A stretch of 64,000 nt of DNA from Chitinivibrionales bacterium (GTDB lineage: Bacteria; Fibrobacterota; Chitinivibrionia; Chitinivibrionales; WJKA01). The notes below the pieces were generated by a model, which did no database searches, was not told where the DNA came from, and saw only the letters and a program-made list of their open reading frames with translations. Of the stretch, positions 18,908-28,440 are shown in pieces. Each line of letters begins with the position of its first letter. The stretch's first letter is position 1. The position numbers were made by a program, and so were the translations under genes. The stretch spans positions 35,498 to 99,497 of the forward strand of contig JBBRUX010000009.1 in assembly GCA_038247415.1 (NCBI GenBank), read 5' to 3'.

Positions 18908-21196
18908 CTATTCCGGCGCAACCGAAATATGAGTCTGTATAATTTTAGATGTTTGGGCAATGGTTGCACAGTGCAATAAAGCTTGAGTTTCCTTTTGTGC
19001 TTCGGAGCTTGACATAGAGGAGAATGCTGCGCGCACTGCGGGGAAATATTGAGGATCAATACAAAACTCTCGTACACCACAGCCTAGGAAAAATGGTAGA
19101 TATTCGATTTGGTGTGCCATATCTCCACAAATAGACAAACTACAATTGTTACGAATTGCCGCTTCCGCTACGCGTTTAATTGCCCGTAGAACTGCCGGAT
19201 GATGCGCGCAATAGTATTGCGCAACTTTCTCGTTGGTACGGTCTACCGCAAGCATGTACTGTATAAAATCGTTTGTCCCCAGCGAGAAAAAATCTACATA
19301 GCCTGCAAGCTCATCGAGAATGTCGAGCACTGAGGGAATTTCAATCATGGTGCCAATCTGCGGGGAGCGGTTAAAATCTAGATTCGATTTTTCTAGCTCA
19401 TGTTGACATTCGGAAAGCATGTCAAGAGCGGCGAGGAGTTCGTCGACAGACGAAACCATGGGGAACATGACCTTAATGTGCTTACCTGCACCCGCTCTCA
19501 GAATTGCGCGAATTTGCTGCTTAAAAACATCGGGATGCGAAAGACAAAAGCGTAGAGACCTCATGCCAAGAAATGGATTGCGTTCTGAGTAAGTATTAAA
19601 ATACGCAAGAATTTTATCTCCGCCAATATCCAGCGTTCTAAAGGTAACCGGGCACGAAGGCATTCCATCGACTACTTTGCGATACACGACATATTGTTCT
19701 TCTTCGGAAGGAAAACTTGAGCGAATTATAAAGGGAAATTCAGTCCTGTAAAGCCCAATGCCATCGGCTCCCACTGCTACAGAATCAGCGACATCGGAAA
19801 TTAAGTTGACCGTTGCAGAAAGGGTAATTATGATATTGTCTAAAGTATGCGTTGTTCCAGGAACACAGCCTTTAATCGACGACTTAAGTGCCGCTGCCCT
19901 TTGAGCACGAATACGAAACGGTGATAGAATTTCTGGTGTTGGATTTAAGTAGATGTTTCCGCTATCGGCATCTATAATTGCCGTTGTTTCTGCAGGCAAC
20001 GACAATAATTGCGGTACATCTGCATATACGAGAGGAACCTTAAGAGACCGGGCCAATATGGCTGTGTGCGAAGTTACTCCTCCGTTGACAAGAAGTATAC
20101 CGCTCACGCCTTGGCTTACCAAAACAAGAATGTCCGACGGGAGTAGTTCGCGTGCAACTACAATGCGACCTTTTGTAGAAAAAGAATCTGCTGCAGATTG
20201 CGGGGCAAGGCAGGCAAGAATGCGTAGCGCAATATCGCGGATATCATCACTTTTTTGACGAAGATACGGGTCTTGTTGAGCATCAAAGAGCACTACATAC
20301 TCTTTAGCAATGGTGGCTACGGCATCGGCCGGATGCGAACCAAGAGCAATTTTTTCTCTCATTTTGCCGGTGAAGGCTACATCGTTAAGTAAGAGCAGGT
20401 GTGCAGCAAAAACAAGCGATGCAGCATCGGCAAGTTGTTCCTCTACCCGGGCTTGATATTTTGTAAGCTGAAAAATTGTTTTTTCGAGTGCATCTTCAAA
20501 ATCCTGCAGCGACCCCGGCTTTGCTAATGCCATTGCGAGCATTAACTCGATGGATCGGTGTTTCTCATCCATGATAACGGGCGCAAATGTAAATCCTTTT
20601 GAACCCGATTTGCCTTTAATAAAAAGTGGGCATGGAATGGAGGCTTCGCTCACAGCAGGATGCGTGTCTCCTTGAGTTTGCGGGGAAGCGGCACTTTTCA
20701 TGAGAAGTCGCGTGTATTCGATCATTGCTGCAAGCTGATTGCCAACTGCCCGTAGTGCGATTTCATCTTCAGGTGAGAATGGGTGTTCGTTTTTGCGTTG
20801 CACAACAAGAACCCCAATGCGTTCTTTGCCCCGCTGAATGGGAACTGCAAGAAATGCTTCGTAGTTTTCTTCGAGAAGTCCTGGAAAAAAACGATAGTTG
20901 GGATGTAAACTACAGTTAGTCAAGTTTACAGGCTTGAGATCCTGCATCACCATGCCACTGAGACCCTCACCAAGTTTTAGTGCGACCGTATCGACAAGGT
21001 CTTGATTGAGTCCGATTGTGGCCTTAAGGGTAAGTGTTTCTGCAGGCGAATCGTAGATGTAAATTGAACAGACAGATGCCCCTAAATGTCGAGAGACAAT
21101 TCCTGCACAGCTTTTGAGAAATTCTCCTAACGATGCAACGTTATGCAGAACTGCATTCAATTCACCGATACTGAGTATTAAGCCGACTGTATCCAT
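18908..21196 (-). CDS. ptsP: GAF-containing PEP-protein phosphotransferase (Enzyme I-Ntr type)
   Basis: N-terminal GAF; TSHTAILAR phospho-His; GIGLYRTEF, RTLDIGGDK, GTNDFIQY, ICGDMA. Confidence 0.93.
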   Translation of the reverse strand: MDTVGLILSIGELNAVLHNVASLGEFLKSCAGIVSRHLGASVCSIYIYDSPAETLTLKATIGLNQDLVDTVALKLGEGLSGMVMQDLKPVNLTNCSLHPNYRFFPGLLEENYEAFLAVPIQRGKERIGVLVVQRKNEHPFSPEDEIALRAVGNQLAAMIEYTRLLMKSAASPQTQGDTHPAVSEASIPCPLFIKGKSGSKGFTFAPVIMDEKHRSIELMLAMALAKPGSLQDFEDALEKTIFQLTKYQARVEEQLADAASLVFAAHLLLLNDVAFTGKMREKIALGSHPADAVATIAKEYVVLFDAQQDPYLRQKSDDIRDIALRILACLAPQSAADSFSTKGRIVVARELLPSDILVLVSQGVSGILLVNGGVTSHTAILARSLKVPLVYADVPQLLSLPAETTAIIDADSGNIYLNPTPEILSPFRIRAQRAAALKSSIKGCVPGTTHTLDNIIITLSATVNLISDVADSVAVGADGIGLYRTEFPFIIRSSFPSEEEQYVVYRKVVDGMPSCPVTFRTLDIGGDKILAYFNTYSERNPFLGMRSLRFCLSHPDVFKQQIRAILRAGAGKHIKVMFPMVSSVDELLAALDMLSECQHELEKSNLDFNRSPQIGTMIEIPSVLDILDELAGYVDFFSLGTNDFIQYMLAVDRTNEKVAQYYCAHHPAVLRAIKRVAEAAIRNNCSLSICGDMAHQIEYLPFFLGCGVREFCIDPQYFPAVRAAFSSMSSSEAQKETQALLHCATIAQTSKIIQTHISVAPE

Positions 21197-21236
21197 AGCG
21201 ATGTCAAAAAAGTTATATACGTAGTTAAATTTTTGT

Positions 21237-21260
21237 GAAGGAGCAAACGTGTGCTCCTTC
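21237..21260. terminator. Hairpin between 21291 gene and ptsP
   Basis: GAAGGAGCA-N6-TGCTCCTTC perfect 9-bp stem; weak U tract. Confidence 0.5.
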
Positions 21261-21290
21261 TATTAAATTAGTGTCTGCAATCCCATTTTG

Positions 21291-24200
21291 CTATCTGCCC
21301 GACATCATACCATGTTGCTGGGTAAGTCCATCGGGTTGATCGATGGGGCCAGTTCCTTCGAAGTCAAAACTCGCAGAGAAAAGAAAACGATCTCCACCAA
21401 GCGGCGCAGGGCGGTCTAACCCTCGATCCCATTTTATTTGGAATGAGAGCGGAATGCGTCCGAAGGTTTGAGTTTCAAGACGTATCTCTGCCCCCGCGGA
21501 GAGGAGCCACTTGTCGCGGATTGCAGAAACATCGGATAGCGTAGCGAATCCTGCTCCTGCATTTACATTAAAAGCGCCATACAGGTGGTTAAAGTAGATA
21601 ACACCAAGAGACCTGTTGATTGCCCCTGGCCATAAGGGAAAGCGATAGGAAGCGCTTAAATGTGCAACCGCGTTCCCTGCTACGAGCCCCTTCAAATAGG
21701 GAACAAGCTTTTTAGCTGCGGTATCGTTGAGGGTATCACGTTCGTAATAAGCATATCCTGGCTGCAAAAGCATCTCTGGTTGGTAATAATAAGGAAATGT
21801 AGTTTTATCGGAGTCCCAGATTTTAAGTGGCCTAACTGCAGCTGCCCCTGCACCAACAAAGAGAGTATGTTTTGCATACCACGGTGTTTCTAACCCGAAA
21901 TTGAGCAGCGAGCTGAATCGGTGAAACGGGAAATTATTATAGCGCTCTTGCCCATTGTTTCCAAATGATTGTTCATCGCTAATAAGCTTTTGGTCTTGAA
22001 GTTCATATTGAATTCTTGCTGCAAATCCCCGAGGATCAATGAGATCTGTGGCGGAAGGGTTGGATGCTGACGCTGCTGCAAAAACACCTAATCGATATCC
22101 ATTTTGTATGTTGTACTTAAAGGTCAGCTTAGATCCAACAATTGCATCTTCTATGAGTGTTACATCAGTTTTATTATAGGCAGCAAAAATTCGCACGGCA
22201 GCAGCATCTCTGCTTGACGGATCGTTCTTTTCGCCAATTACAGCAATTTGCAAAGATGCAGCATAGGGCGTTACATTGTAGGGAAGTATTTGAATTGCTT
22301 GTGCAGCTTCGTTATAAAACTGATCTGCCCCCGTAATTCCCCGCTGCATGTAGCTCAACATAATCGGCGTATAAAAGAGGTTAGACTTTATAAAGCACCC
22401 GAGATCGTAATCAACCAGGGGGCTAATGAGGCCACGGTCACTAAAAAATTGCAGAATTTTTAAAGGGTCAAGCAAGAAATAACCATTGATTTCGTTTCCC
22501 GTTGCGCCAGTGAGCGCAAAAGGATCAAACCAGTTTACAATTACGCCACCCTTTATAGAAGTTTTTCCGGCAAAAATGTTGTTATCTTGGGTAACTGCTT
22601 GTTCGCCATACAGCATTGGTACAAATGCAACTTTCCGAGGTGCAAGGGAGTAACTGCGGTGTTTTGATAGCGTGGCAGTGCGTTGATACGGGACAAAGCT
22701 TTCGCGAGGTGCAAGCGTGCTTGAATCGGGAGCAAACTTCTTAACGACAACAATCGAATCGAGCAGGTAAATGCTGTAGCCATTTTCATCGTAGCCTGAG
22801 TAAACGAGCTTTTTGCCATCGTTTGAAACGTCGGGATAAAATGCACCGCCTGAAACATTGGTAACCTGTTCTAGCGAAGAATTTACAAGATTATAACGAT
22901 ATATATTAAAAATACCGCTGCGATCTGAGGAAAAATAAAGCCACTGTCCATCCTTAGAAAATCGTACGTCCCGTTCGTCGCCTTTTGTATCGCATAGAAC
23001 AGAAACTGATTTTTTGAGCGTATCGTAAAGGGCGATTTTTCTGTTGTGACGATCTATATAGCTAAATGCAATCTGTGAACCAGAAGGAGCCCATGAAAGA
23101 TTATACACGGTTGCAATAGATTGATCTGGATTTGTTGAATCGGGGTAAATGCGGCGGATATTTTTTCCAGAAGTATCGGTTAACAAAAGATATCCACGAT
23201 CTCGATCGGTTACGGCAGCAGCTATTCGCGTACCGTCATTAGAAATGGCAGCGTAGGTTGTATTGAGCTTTTCTGTAATTTGCTTTGGTTTCTTGTTAGT
23301 AAAAAGAGAAGCAAGAGATGTGGGTTTTGTATCGGGGGGTAAGGTGTCGATAAAAATATCTTTAACTCGGCCACTGCCTTTTTCTGGCGATAGCTCCGAT
23401 GTGCGTGATTTTGCGCTTGTGTAAACGATGTGTTTGCTAACCGGGCTAATAGAGAAAAAATCACGCGCAGCAGATGCCTCGGCCTTGATTTTCTTATCTG
23501 CTGGAACGGTATCTATCAGAGAATACGAATACAGCTTTCGGGCAATAGTATAATCGGCTTTGTCGTTAGAAATAAAATAGACTTTTTTATCATCGGGAGA
23601 GAACGTAGGCCACACATTATGAAAACCATCTTTATTTATTTTCTTGCCATACACCTGCAGACCTAATGAACTCAGCTGGGCAGTATATCGCTTTTCTAGC
23701 CATCGTTGCCAATTACTATAGAGCGTTTGCGAAGAAATTCCCAATACGGCTTTAATTGAGCGTTCAAAATTGATTCGGTTTATTTTTGTAGATTCTTTGC
23801 AAAGTGCAACAACGGTTTGGAATCCATACGTTTCTGCAATGTATCGTACCATCGAAAATCCATGATCGTAGGTTTTTTCGAAGTCATCCCCTTTTCCGGC
23901 AAAATTAGACATGCGGTAGTAAGGAAGAAGCTTTTTAGAAAGCGTAAGGGTTCTTAGAATCATGTCACGATGGGTATCCCAATCATCGCCATTATTGCGG
24001 CTGCTTTCGTATTGTGCTATTCCTTCATAAAACCACGGCGGAAGAACTTCAATAGGCATCATGTGCACTATTTCTGCACGATAATTTCGGTTGGGATGGG
24101 CAAAGTATCCAAATTGAATTGCAGGGATATTTGAAGGCAATTTATGTGCTGCCGTGATAGACAAAATGTGTGCGTATTCGTGTGCGCATACGTCAAGCAT

Positions 24201-24581
24201 CCAGTCGTGAGTGCCGCGCAGGTTAAAATCGAATGCGCTTTCGGATAAAACTATTGTGTTAAAATTATCGTATGCTCCACCATTTCCTTCTTGGTCATTG
24301 ATAAGTACTATTTCGGTTTTGGCGGGGAGTGTAAGGTGGTATGTTTCGCGGTAGGTGGTGTAGAGATTCTCAAATATCGAAGCAATATCTTTTGCAGTAG
24401 ACTCTATACCTTGGTGGTAATTAATACGAAAGTGGTCGGTTTCGAAGGTATAAAAGGCCATTCCAACGGGGTTTAATTGAGCAAAAAGTGTGCTTGGCAG
24501 CACGATACATAAGCAAAGCAACCCTGTTTTTAAAAAGTTTCGAATTCGCACTGCCGCGGTCTCCCTTATATTATTTAACAA
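21291..24581 (-). CDS. Zinc peptidase (MA clan) + TolB/PD40 propeller + Omp85-like barrel protein
   Basis: HEYAH and PWFYEGIA gluzincin motifs; PTFSPD, WAPSG, FSKDG, SDRSGIFNIY repeats; beta-rich C-terminus. Start may lie downstream of 24581. Confidence 0.8.
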   Translation of the reverse strand: MLNNIRETAAVRIRNFLKTGLLCLCIVLPSTLFAQLNPVGMAFYTFETDHFRINYHQGIESTAKDIASIFENLYTTYRETYHLTLPAKTEIVLINDQEGNGGAYDNFNTIVLSESAFDFNLRGTHDWMLDVCAHEYAHILSITAAHKLPSNIPAIQFGYFAHPNRNYRAEIVHMMPIEVLPPWFYEGIAQYESSRNNGDDWDTHRDMILRTLTLSKKLLPYYRMSNFAGKGDDFEKTYDHGFSMVRYIAETYGFQTVVALCKESTKINRINFERSIKAVLGISSQTLYSNWQRWLEKRYTAQLSSLGLQVYGKKINKDGFHNVWPTFSPDDKKVYFISNDKADYTIARKLYSYSLIDTVPADKKIKAEASAARDFFSISPVSKHIVYTSAKSRTSELSPEKGSGRVKDIFIDTLPPDTKPTSLASLFTNKKPKQITEKLNTTYAAISNDGTRIAAAVTDRDRGYLLLTDTSGKNIRRIYPDSTNPDQSIATVYNLSWAPSGSQIAFSYIDRHNRKIALYDTLKKSVSVLCDTKGDERDVRFSKDGQWLYFSSDRSGIFNIYRYNLVNSSLEQVTNVSGGAFYPDVSNDGKKLVYSGYDENGYSIYLLDSIVVVKKFAPDSSTLAPRESFVPYQRTATLSKHRSYSLAPRKVAFVPMLYGEQAVTQDNNIFAGKTSIKGGVIVNWFDPFALTGATGNEINGYFLLDPLKILQFFSDRGLISPLVDYDLGCFIKSNLFYTPIMLSYMQRGITGADQFYNEAAQAIQILPYNVTPYAASLQIAVIGEKNDPSSRDAAAVRIFAAYNKTDVTLIEDAIVGSKLTFKYNIQNGYRLGVFAAASASNPSATDLIDPRGFAARIQYELQDQKLISDEQSFGNNGQERYNNFPFHRFSSLLNFGLETPWYAKHTLFVGAGAAAVRPLKIWDSDKTTFPYYYQPEMLLQPGYAYYERDTLNDTAAKKLVPYLKGLVAGNAVAHLSASYRFPLWPGAINRSLGVIYFNHLYGAFNVNAGAGFATLSDVSAIRDKWLLSAGAEIRLETQTFGRIPLSFQIKWDRGLDRPAPLGGDRFLFSASFDFEGTGPIDQPDGLTQQHGMMSGR

Positions 24582-27500
24582 CTGCCATTTTCCAAAACTC
24601 AGTTACTTTCGATCCGTTGACTTTTGCTTCCATACGGCACCGATACACTCCTCGTCCAATATTCTTAAGGCTGATATTGTGTGGAAGCTCGTTCCAGCTT
24701 GTCCAATTCGCTTTAAAAGTTTTGGGATCGGCAATCCATGAGTAAATATGAAAACCGGTCATGGTAAAAATATCGAGACGAATATCGGTTGCAGGGCCAC
24801 TCAATTTGAATCTCACCTGAACTTCCGAAACATCCTGTGCTGGATTTGGGTAGCTATAAAATTGTAGCGCTTTTCCAGATGCTTGTGCTGTGGCAACACC
24901 GGGTGGTGCTGCTGTAAAGGTTCTTTCTGCCGTGGCACCTTGCGATGCCCAGGGAACAGATCCGATATGGGAAATTCCCCAGGCATGGATAAATCCGTCT
25001 GCAGAGGCAACCGCCACTAATCCGCTGCTGTCAAAGGAATTATAGCTGATGACAGGTGGCGAAAGAGCGCTCGATCCAATCGATTGTGGCCAAAATGATT
25101 GACGTTCTGCACCTGTTGGGCCAGGGGTAGCTACAAAGACCGGCCGTTTACCAGAAGCGTCAATAGCATCAAGATAGCCTCCCGGTACAATATAGTCGGC
25201 CACTAAAGAATCATTGAGTCGAAGGATCGTGTCGATGGTTGCTTTTGACCCGCTCAAAGAATCGATGGTTTTATTAGGTCTTGTAAAGTAAACGCGTGTT
25301 TTCGCGCTATTTGTACTATCTACTTTAAAAAAGGCAAAAGTAGCTTTTTCTCCTGTTGGCGAAGAAAACAGCATGCGGGGCGCGCCCGACGGCAGCTTTA
25401 TAATGGTTGGTGTTGTGTGTACCGATCCGCGCCAATACCAAAATTTTCTGTCGAGGTATGATGGCCAGCCGTATAAAAGAACCGCTTTGTAATTGTATGC
25501 ATAAATGCCATTTGTTCCACCAACAATAATGTCAAGAAATCCATCGCCATCTATATCTGCTAAAGATGGGGTCCCAAAGTTTACAGGGTATTGGCTACGG
25601 TCGTTTTTGTTGGTACTTTCGGAAGTATTGTAAAGCGAGGCCCAATCGAGCGGGGATTCGTTCCATCCAAAGGCCGGGGTAAGCGATTGATTCAGGCACC
25701 AGGTACCCTGTCGGCTGTCAACAACGATAATTTCCAGGGAAGTGTCATTGTTGATATCCCCGGTAACAAGTTTGTATGGGGGAATTCCTTTTTTTAGAGC
25801 ACCCGAGGCTAGTATCGCATGGGTTGAGGCATTGAGTATGTAAATTGACCCATTTTCAAGAATTGCAACAATACTGCGAGGACTTTTTTCCAGAGCTGCT
25901 ACTGCGTTGACTGCTACATTTCCCGGCAAACGAAGCGAATCGAATGCAGTAAGTGAAGTGTTCCCAAAAATTACAAGCCCATGACGTGTTCCAAGAGCCC
26001 AATTTGGATTTTCATAACCGCACAAGGGTGTTGAAATAGTATCGGGCAATGCAAGAACTCGGAATGCAAGTGTTGCAGTGGTATCATGCAGCGCACTAGA
26101 ATCGGAGTTGCTTATGCTGTCAAGTGCAATAATAGAATTACCTGCAGGAATAAAAAGCCCGTTATTAAGTACTGTGGGGATTTCGGTGGGTTGAGCTGGT
26201 AATGTTAACGAATACAGCGTATCTTGGGTGCGTAAAGAATCTAGTCGAGTAGAATCTGAAAAAATTGTTCCCGACGTTGCAACAAACCCAGTGCGAGTGC
26301 CATATGTTTTGGAAGAAGCTGATGCTGGCCAGAGATAGATTTTTGAGCTGTGAGTAGTAACAATTATTTCTGCGGCAGAATCCGATTTGTCGAGATTGCA
26401 AAAAACCGGATCGAAGGCGGTATCTGCGGGGGCAATGCGATGAGGCCAGCCCCCAATGCGAACGGGGACAGCATCGGTGTTTGTGGGGGAAGATGCTGGG
26501 AGCGGCTGCCCCCAAGAAATTCCTACTGTAAAGATAGAGTCGGCAAAATCTTCTACGTAGTAATCTCGAATTGCCATAGTCTCGCTCAGAGGTGTTGAAA
26601 CCGAGCGAATGGTTAGGGAAAGCCCCGAATGTGAACCATCGTTGAGTCGAGTTGCAGGACGTGAATAGGGACCCATTGAATCGATAGTGGTTGCTGTTTC
26701 GATGCCTTTTTTGGTCTTTTTAACACGATGGGGGAATACGTCCTCCGAGCCACCCCAATCGTATGCAGCTTGAAATAGTGCATCGGAAAAAGAGATCCCA
26801 AGATCAGATACCCCATCGGCTTCAACAAGACTTACACCCCGAAAAAGTGAATCTGCGTTAATGAGGTTATATTTCAATCGTTCTCGGATTATTCTATCGT
26901 CAATGTGCCATACGCATACCCCGGATGCTGGTAATCCGATATCATAATTTTTAACGCGGGAAATGCAGTTGCTTTGTGCCGTGGTGTTGAGTGCAGCATC
27001 TGATAAATTGACATTATAAGGATACGAAGAAATGAATATTTTTTTTGCATCGTCAAAAGAAGTGTCGTGATTAAAAACACTTTCGCTTGCGGACAGATTT
27101 CGTTGACGATTTTCGAGTAGATAATATTCATGATCGGAGAGGGGGATCATGATCATGGTGGTGTCTTGGACAGATGAATCGGATTGCATAAGAGCTTTGA
27201 GCCGAAGAGACGTAGAATAGCCAGGCTTAACAAGTAAAGGTCTATCCCATCCCATAAACATGCGTACCCATGCAGAGGGCCACGGAGGAATAAAACCATT
27301 GCCGGCCGAGTAGCCTGCAAAATCCATTAAGCAAAAAGCTCCAATCGCAGGAAGTCCGCTGGGTGAATACAGATCCGGGATCCCTATAGCTCGAGCAATT
27401 TGATTAGCGAGAATCCCATGGATTCCCCAATTAAGGGAATCCTGGTTTGAGGTTTCGCTTACAATCATTACTTCGTCCAAAAGCAATTGAGATCCATTGT

Positions 27501-28386
27501 GGTTAACTGAAACACCCGCAGTGTCAAGTTTAAGGGTGTCTTTAAATGCCTTGAAAAAATCGCGCGAAATAAAATTATCAATCATATCTGATTGTGAATT
27601 GCGGGCGAGCGAACCTCCGGTTCCACCATCAGTAAGGTATGATGATCCTGCATGAAATATCATGAGGAGGGCTTTGTGTCCAGTTTGCTTATCAGTAAAT
27701 ATTCCGGTTTTAGGATCTTGCACTAAACGAGAAAGCCAAGCAGTATCCTTTTGTGAAGAAATAGCCCGTAGCGCATCTACCACAAAATCCATGAGGCCAA
27801 TTGTTTTACGATAATAAAAGTCGTTTTCTGTTTCTTTGGCTTTTTTTTCGGCAGGAGAGTAGTGCATCATTTGATTGGGAACAGAATCGGCAGTGGTGCG
27901 GCCCGAAGGAAATACTTCTGATTGTAGGATCAAACGCCCTTTGGAGACTTTTTTAAAGTAGTCCGCTACAAATGCAAGCTGATGTGCGCAATACAGAGAG
28001 TCGTGAGGAAGATTGTCGTATTTGTACGCTGGTTTAGTTCCCGAATACCACTTGAGTTCGCGAGCGTCGTCGGCTAGGCCAAAAATTCCAGTACCTGTTG
28101 TTAACGTACTCGAATCTTTCTTGAATTGTACTCGAAAAGCAAAAATCTGAAGGGTTTCGGGCTCAACTGCACTCGATTCGAAGAGCCGGGGTGCAGAATA
28201 GATTGTTGGAAGCATCCCCTTGGTAGACATGCCCTTAAAAAGTGTGGCCGGCGCGCTAGCAATTGTTGCAGGAATAATAAAGAGCAACAGCATAAACCAT
28301 CTATACGAGATGGTACAAAAAGAAACCTTACGAATAGTGCGATAAATATGCATTCGATTGTGCCAGTCCAAATTGAGGTGGTTCAT
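24571..28386 (-). CDS. M6/immune inhibitor A-like protein with degenerate active site, FG-GAP repeats and T9SS-like C-terminal domain
   Basis: IFHAG, NQIARAIGIPDLY, CLMD, PSAW.R..MGW, EYYLLENRQ, WHID; GDINND, ADIDGDG; YSYPNPA..GVY. Confidence 0.82.
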   Translation of the reverse strand: MNHLNLDWHNRMHIYRTIRKVSFCTISYRWFMLLLFIIPATIASAPATLFKGMSTKGMLPTIYSAPRLFESSAVEPETLQIFAFRVQFKKDSSTLTTGTGIFGLADDARELKWYSGTKPAYKYDNLPHDSLYCAHQLAFVADYFKKVSKGRLILQSEVFPSGRTTADSVPNQMMHYSPAEKKAKETENDFYYRKTIGLMDFVVDALRAISSQKDTAWLSRLVQDPKTGIFTDKQTGHKALLMIFHAGSSYLTDGGTGGSLARNSQSDMIDNFISRDFFKAFKDTLKLDTAGVSVNHNGSQLLLDEVMIVSETSNQDSLNWGIHGILANQIARAIGIPDLYSPSGLPAIGAFCLMDFAGYSAGNGFIPPWPSAWVRMFMGWDRPLLVKPGYSTSLRLKALMQSDSSVQDTTMIMIPLSDHEYYLLENRQRNLSASESVFNHDTSFDDAKKIFISSYPYNVNLSDAALNTTAQSNCISRVKNYDIGLPASGVCVWHIDDRIIRERLKYNLINADSLFRGVSLVEADGVSDLGISFSDALFQAAYDWGGSEDVFPHRVKKTKKGIETATTIDSMGPYSRPATRLNDGSHSGLSLTIRSVSTPLSETMAIRDYYVEDFADSIFTVGISWGQPLPASSPTNTDAVPVRIGGWPHRIAPADTAFDPVFCNLDKSDSAAEIIVTTHSSKIYLWPASASSKTYGTRTGFVATSGTIFSDSTRLDSLRTQDTLYSLTLPAQPTEIPTVLNNGLFIPAGNSIIALDSISNSDSSALHDTTATLAFRVLALPDTISTPLCGYENPNWALGTRHGLVIFGNTSLTAFDSLRLPGNVAVNAVAALEKSPRSIVAILENGSIYILNASTHAILASGALKKGIPPYKLVTGDINNDTSLEIIVVDSRQGTWCLNQSLTPAFGWNESPLDWASLYNTSESTNKNDRSQYPVNFGTPSLADIDGDGFLDIIVGGTNGIYAYNYKAVLLYGWPSYLDRKFWYWRGSVHTTPTIIKLPSGAPRMLFSSPTGEKATFAFFKVDSTNSAKTRVYFTRPNKTIDSLSGSKATIDTILRLNDSLVADYIVPGGYLDAIDASGKRPVFVATPGPTGAERQSFWPQSIGSSALSPPVISYNSFDSSGLVAVASADGFIHAWGISHIGSVPWASQGATAERTFTAAPPGVATAQASGKALQFYSYPNPAQDVSEVQVRFKLSGPATDIRLDIFTMTGFHIYSWIADPKTFKANWTSWNELPHNISLKNIGRGVYRCRMEAKVNGSKVTEFWKMAVVK

Positions 28387-28440
28387 GACTGATTTTAAAC
28401 AGCAGCAAACTATGGCTCTGCTACTGTTTGCAAACTGGTG

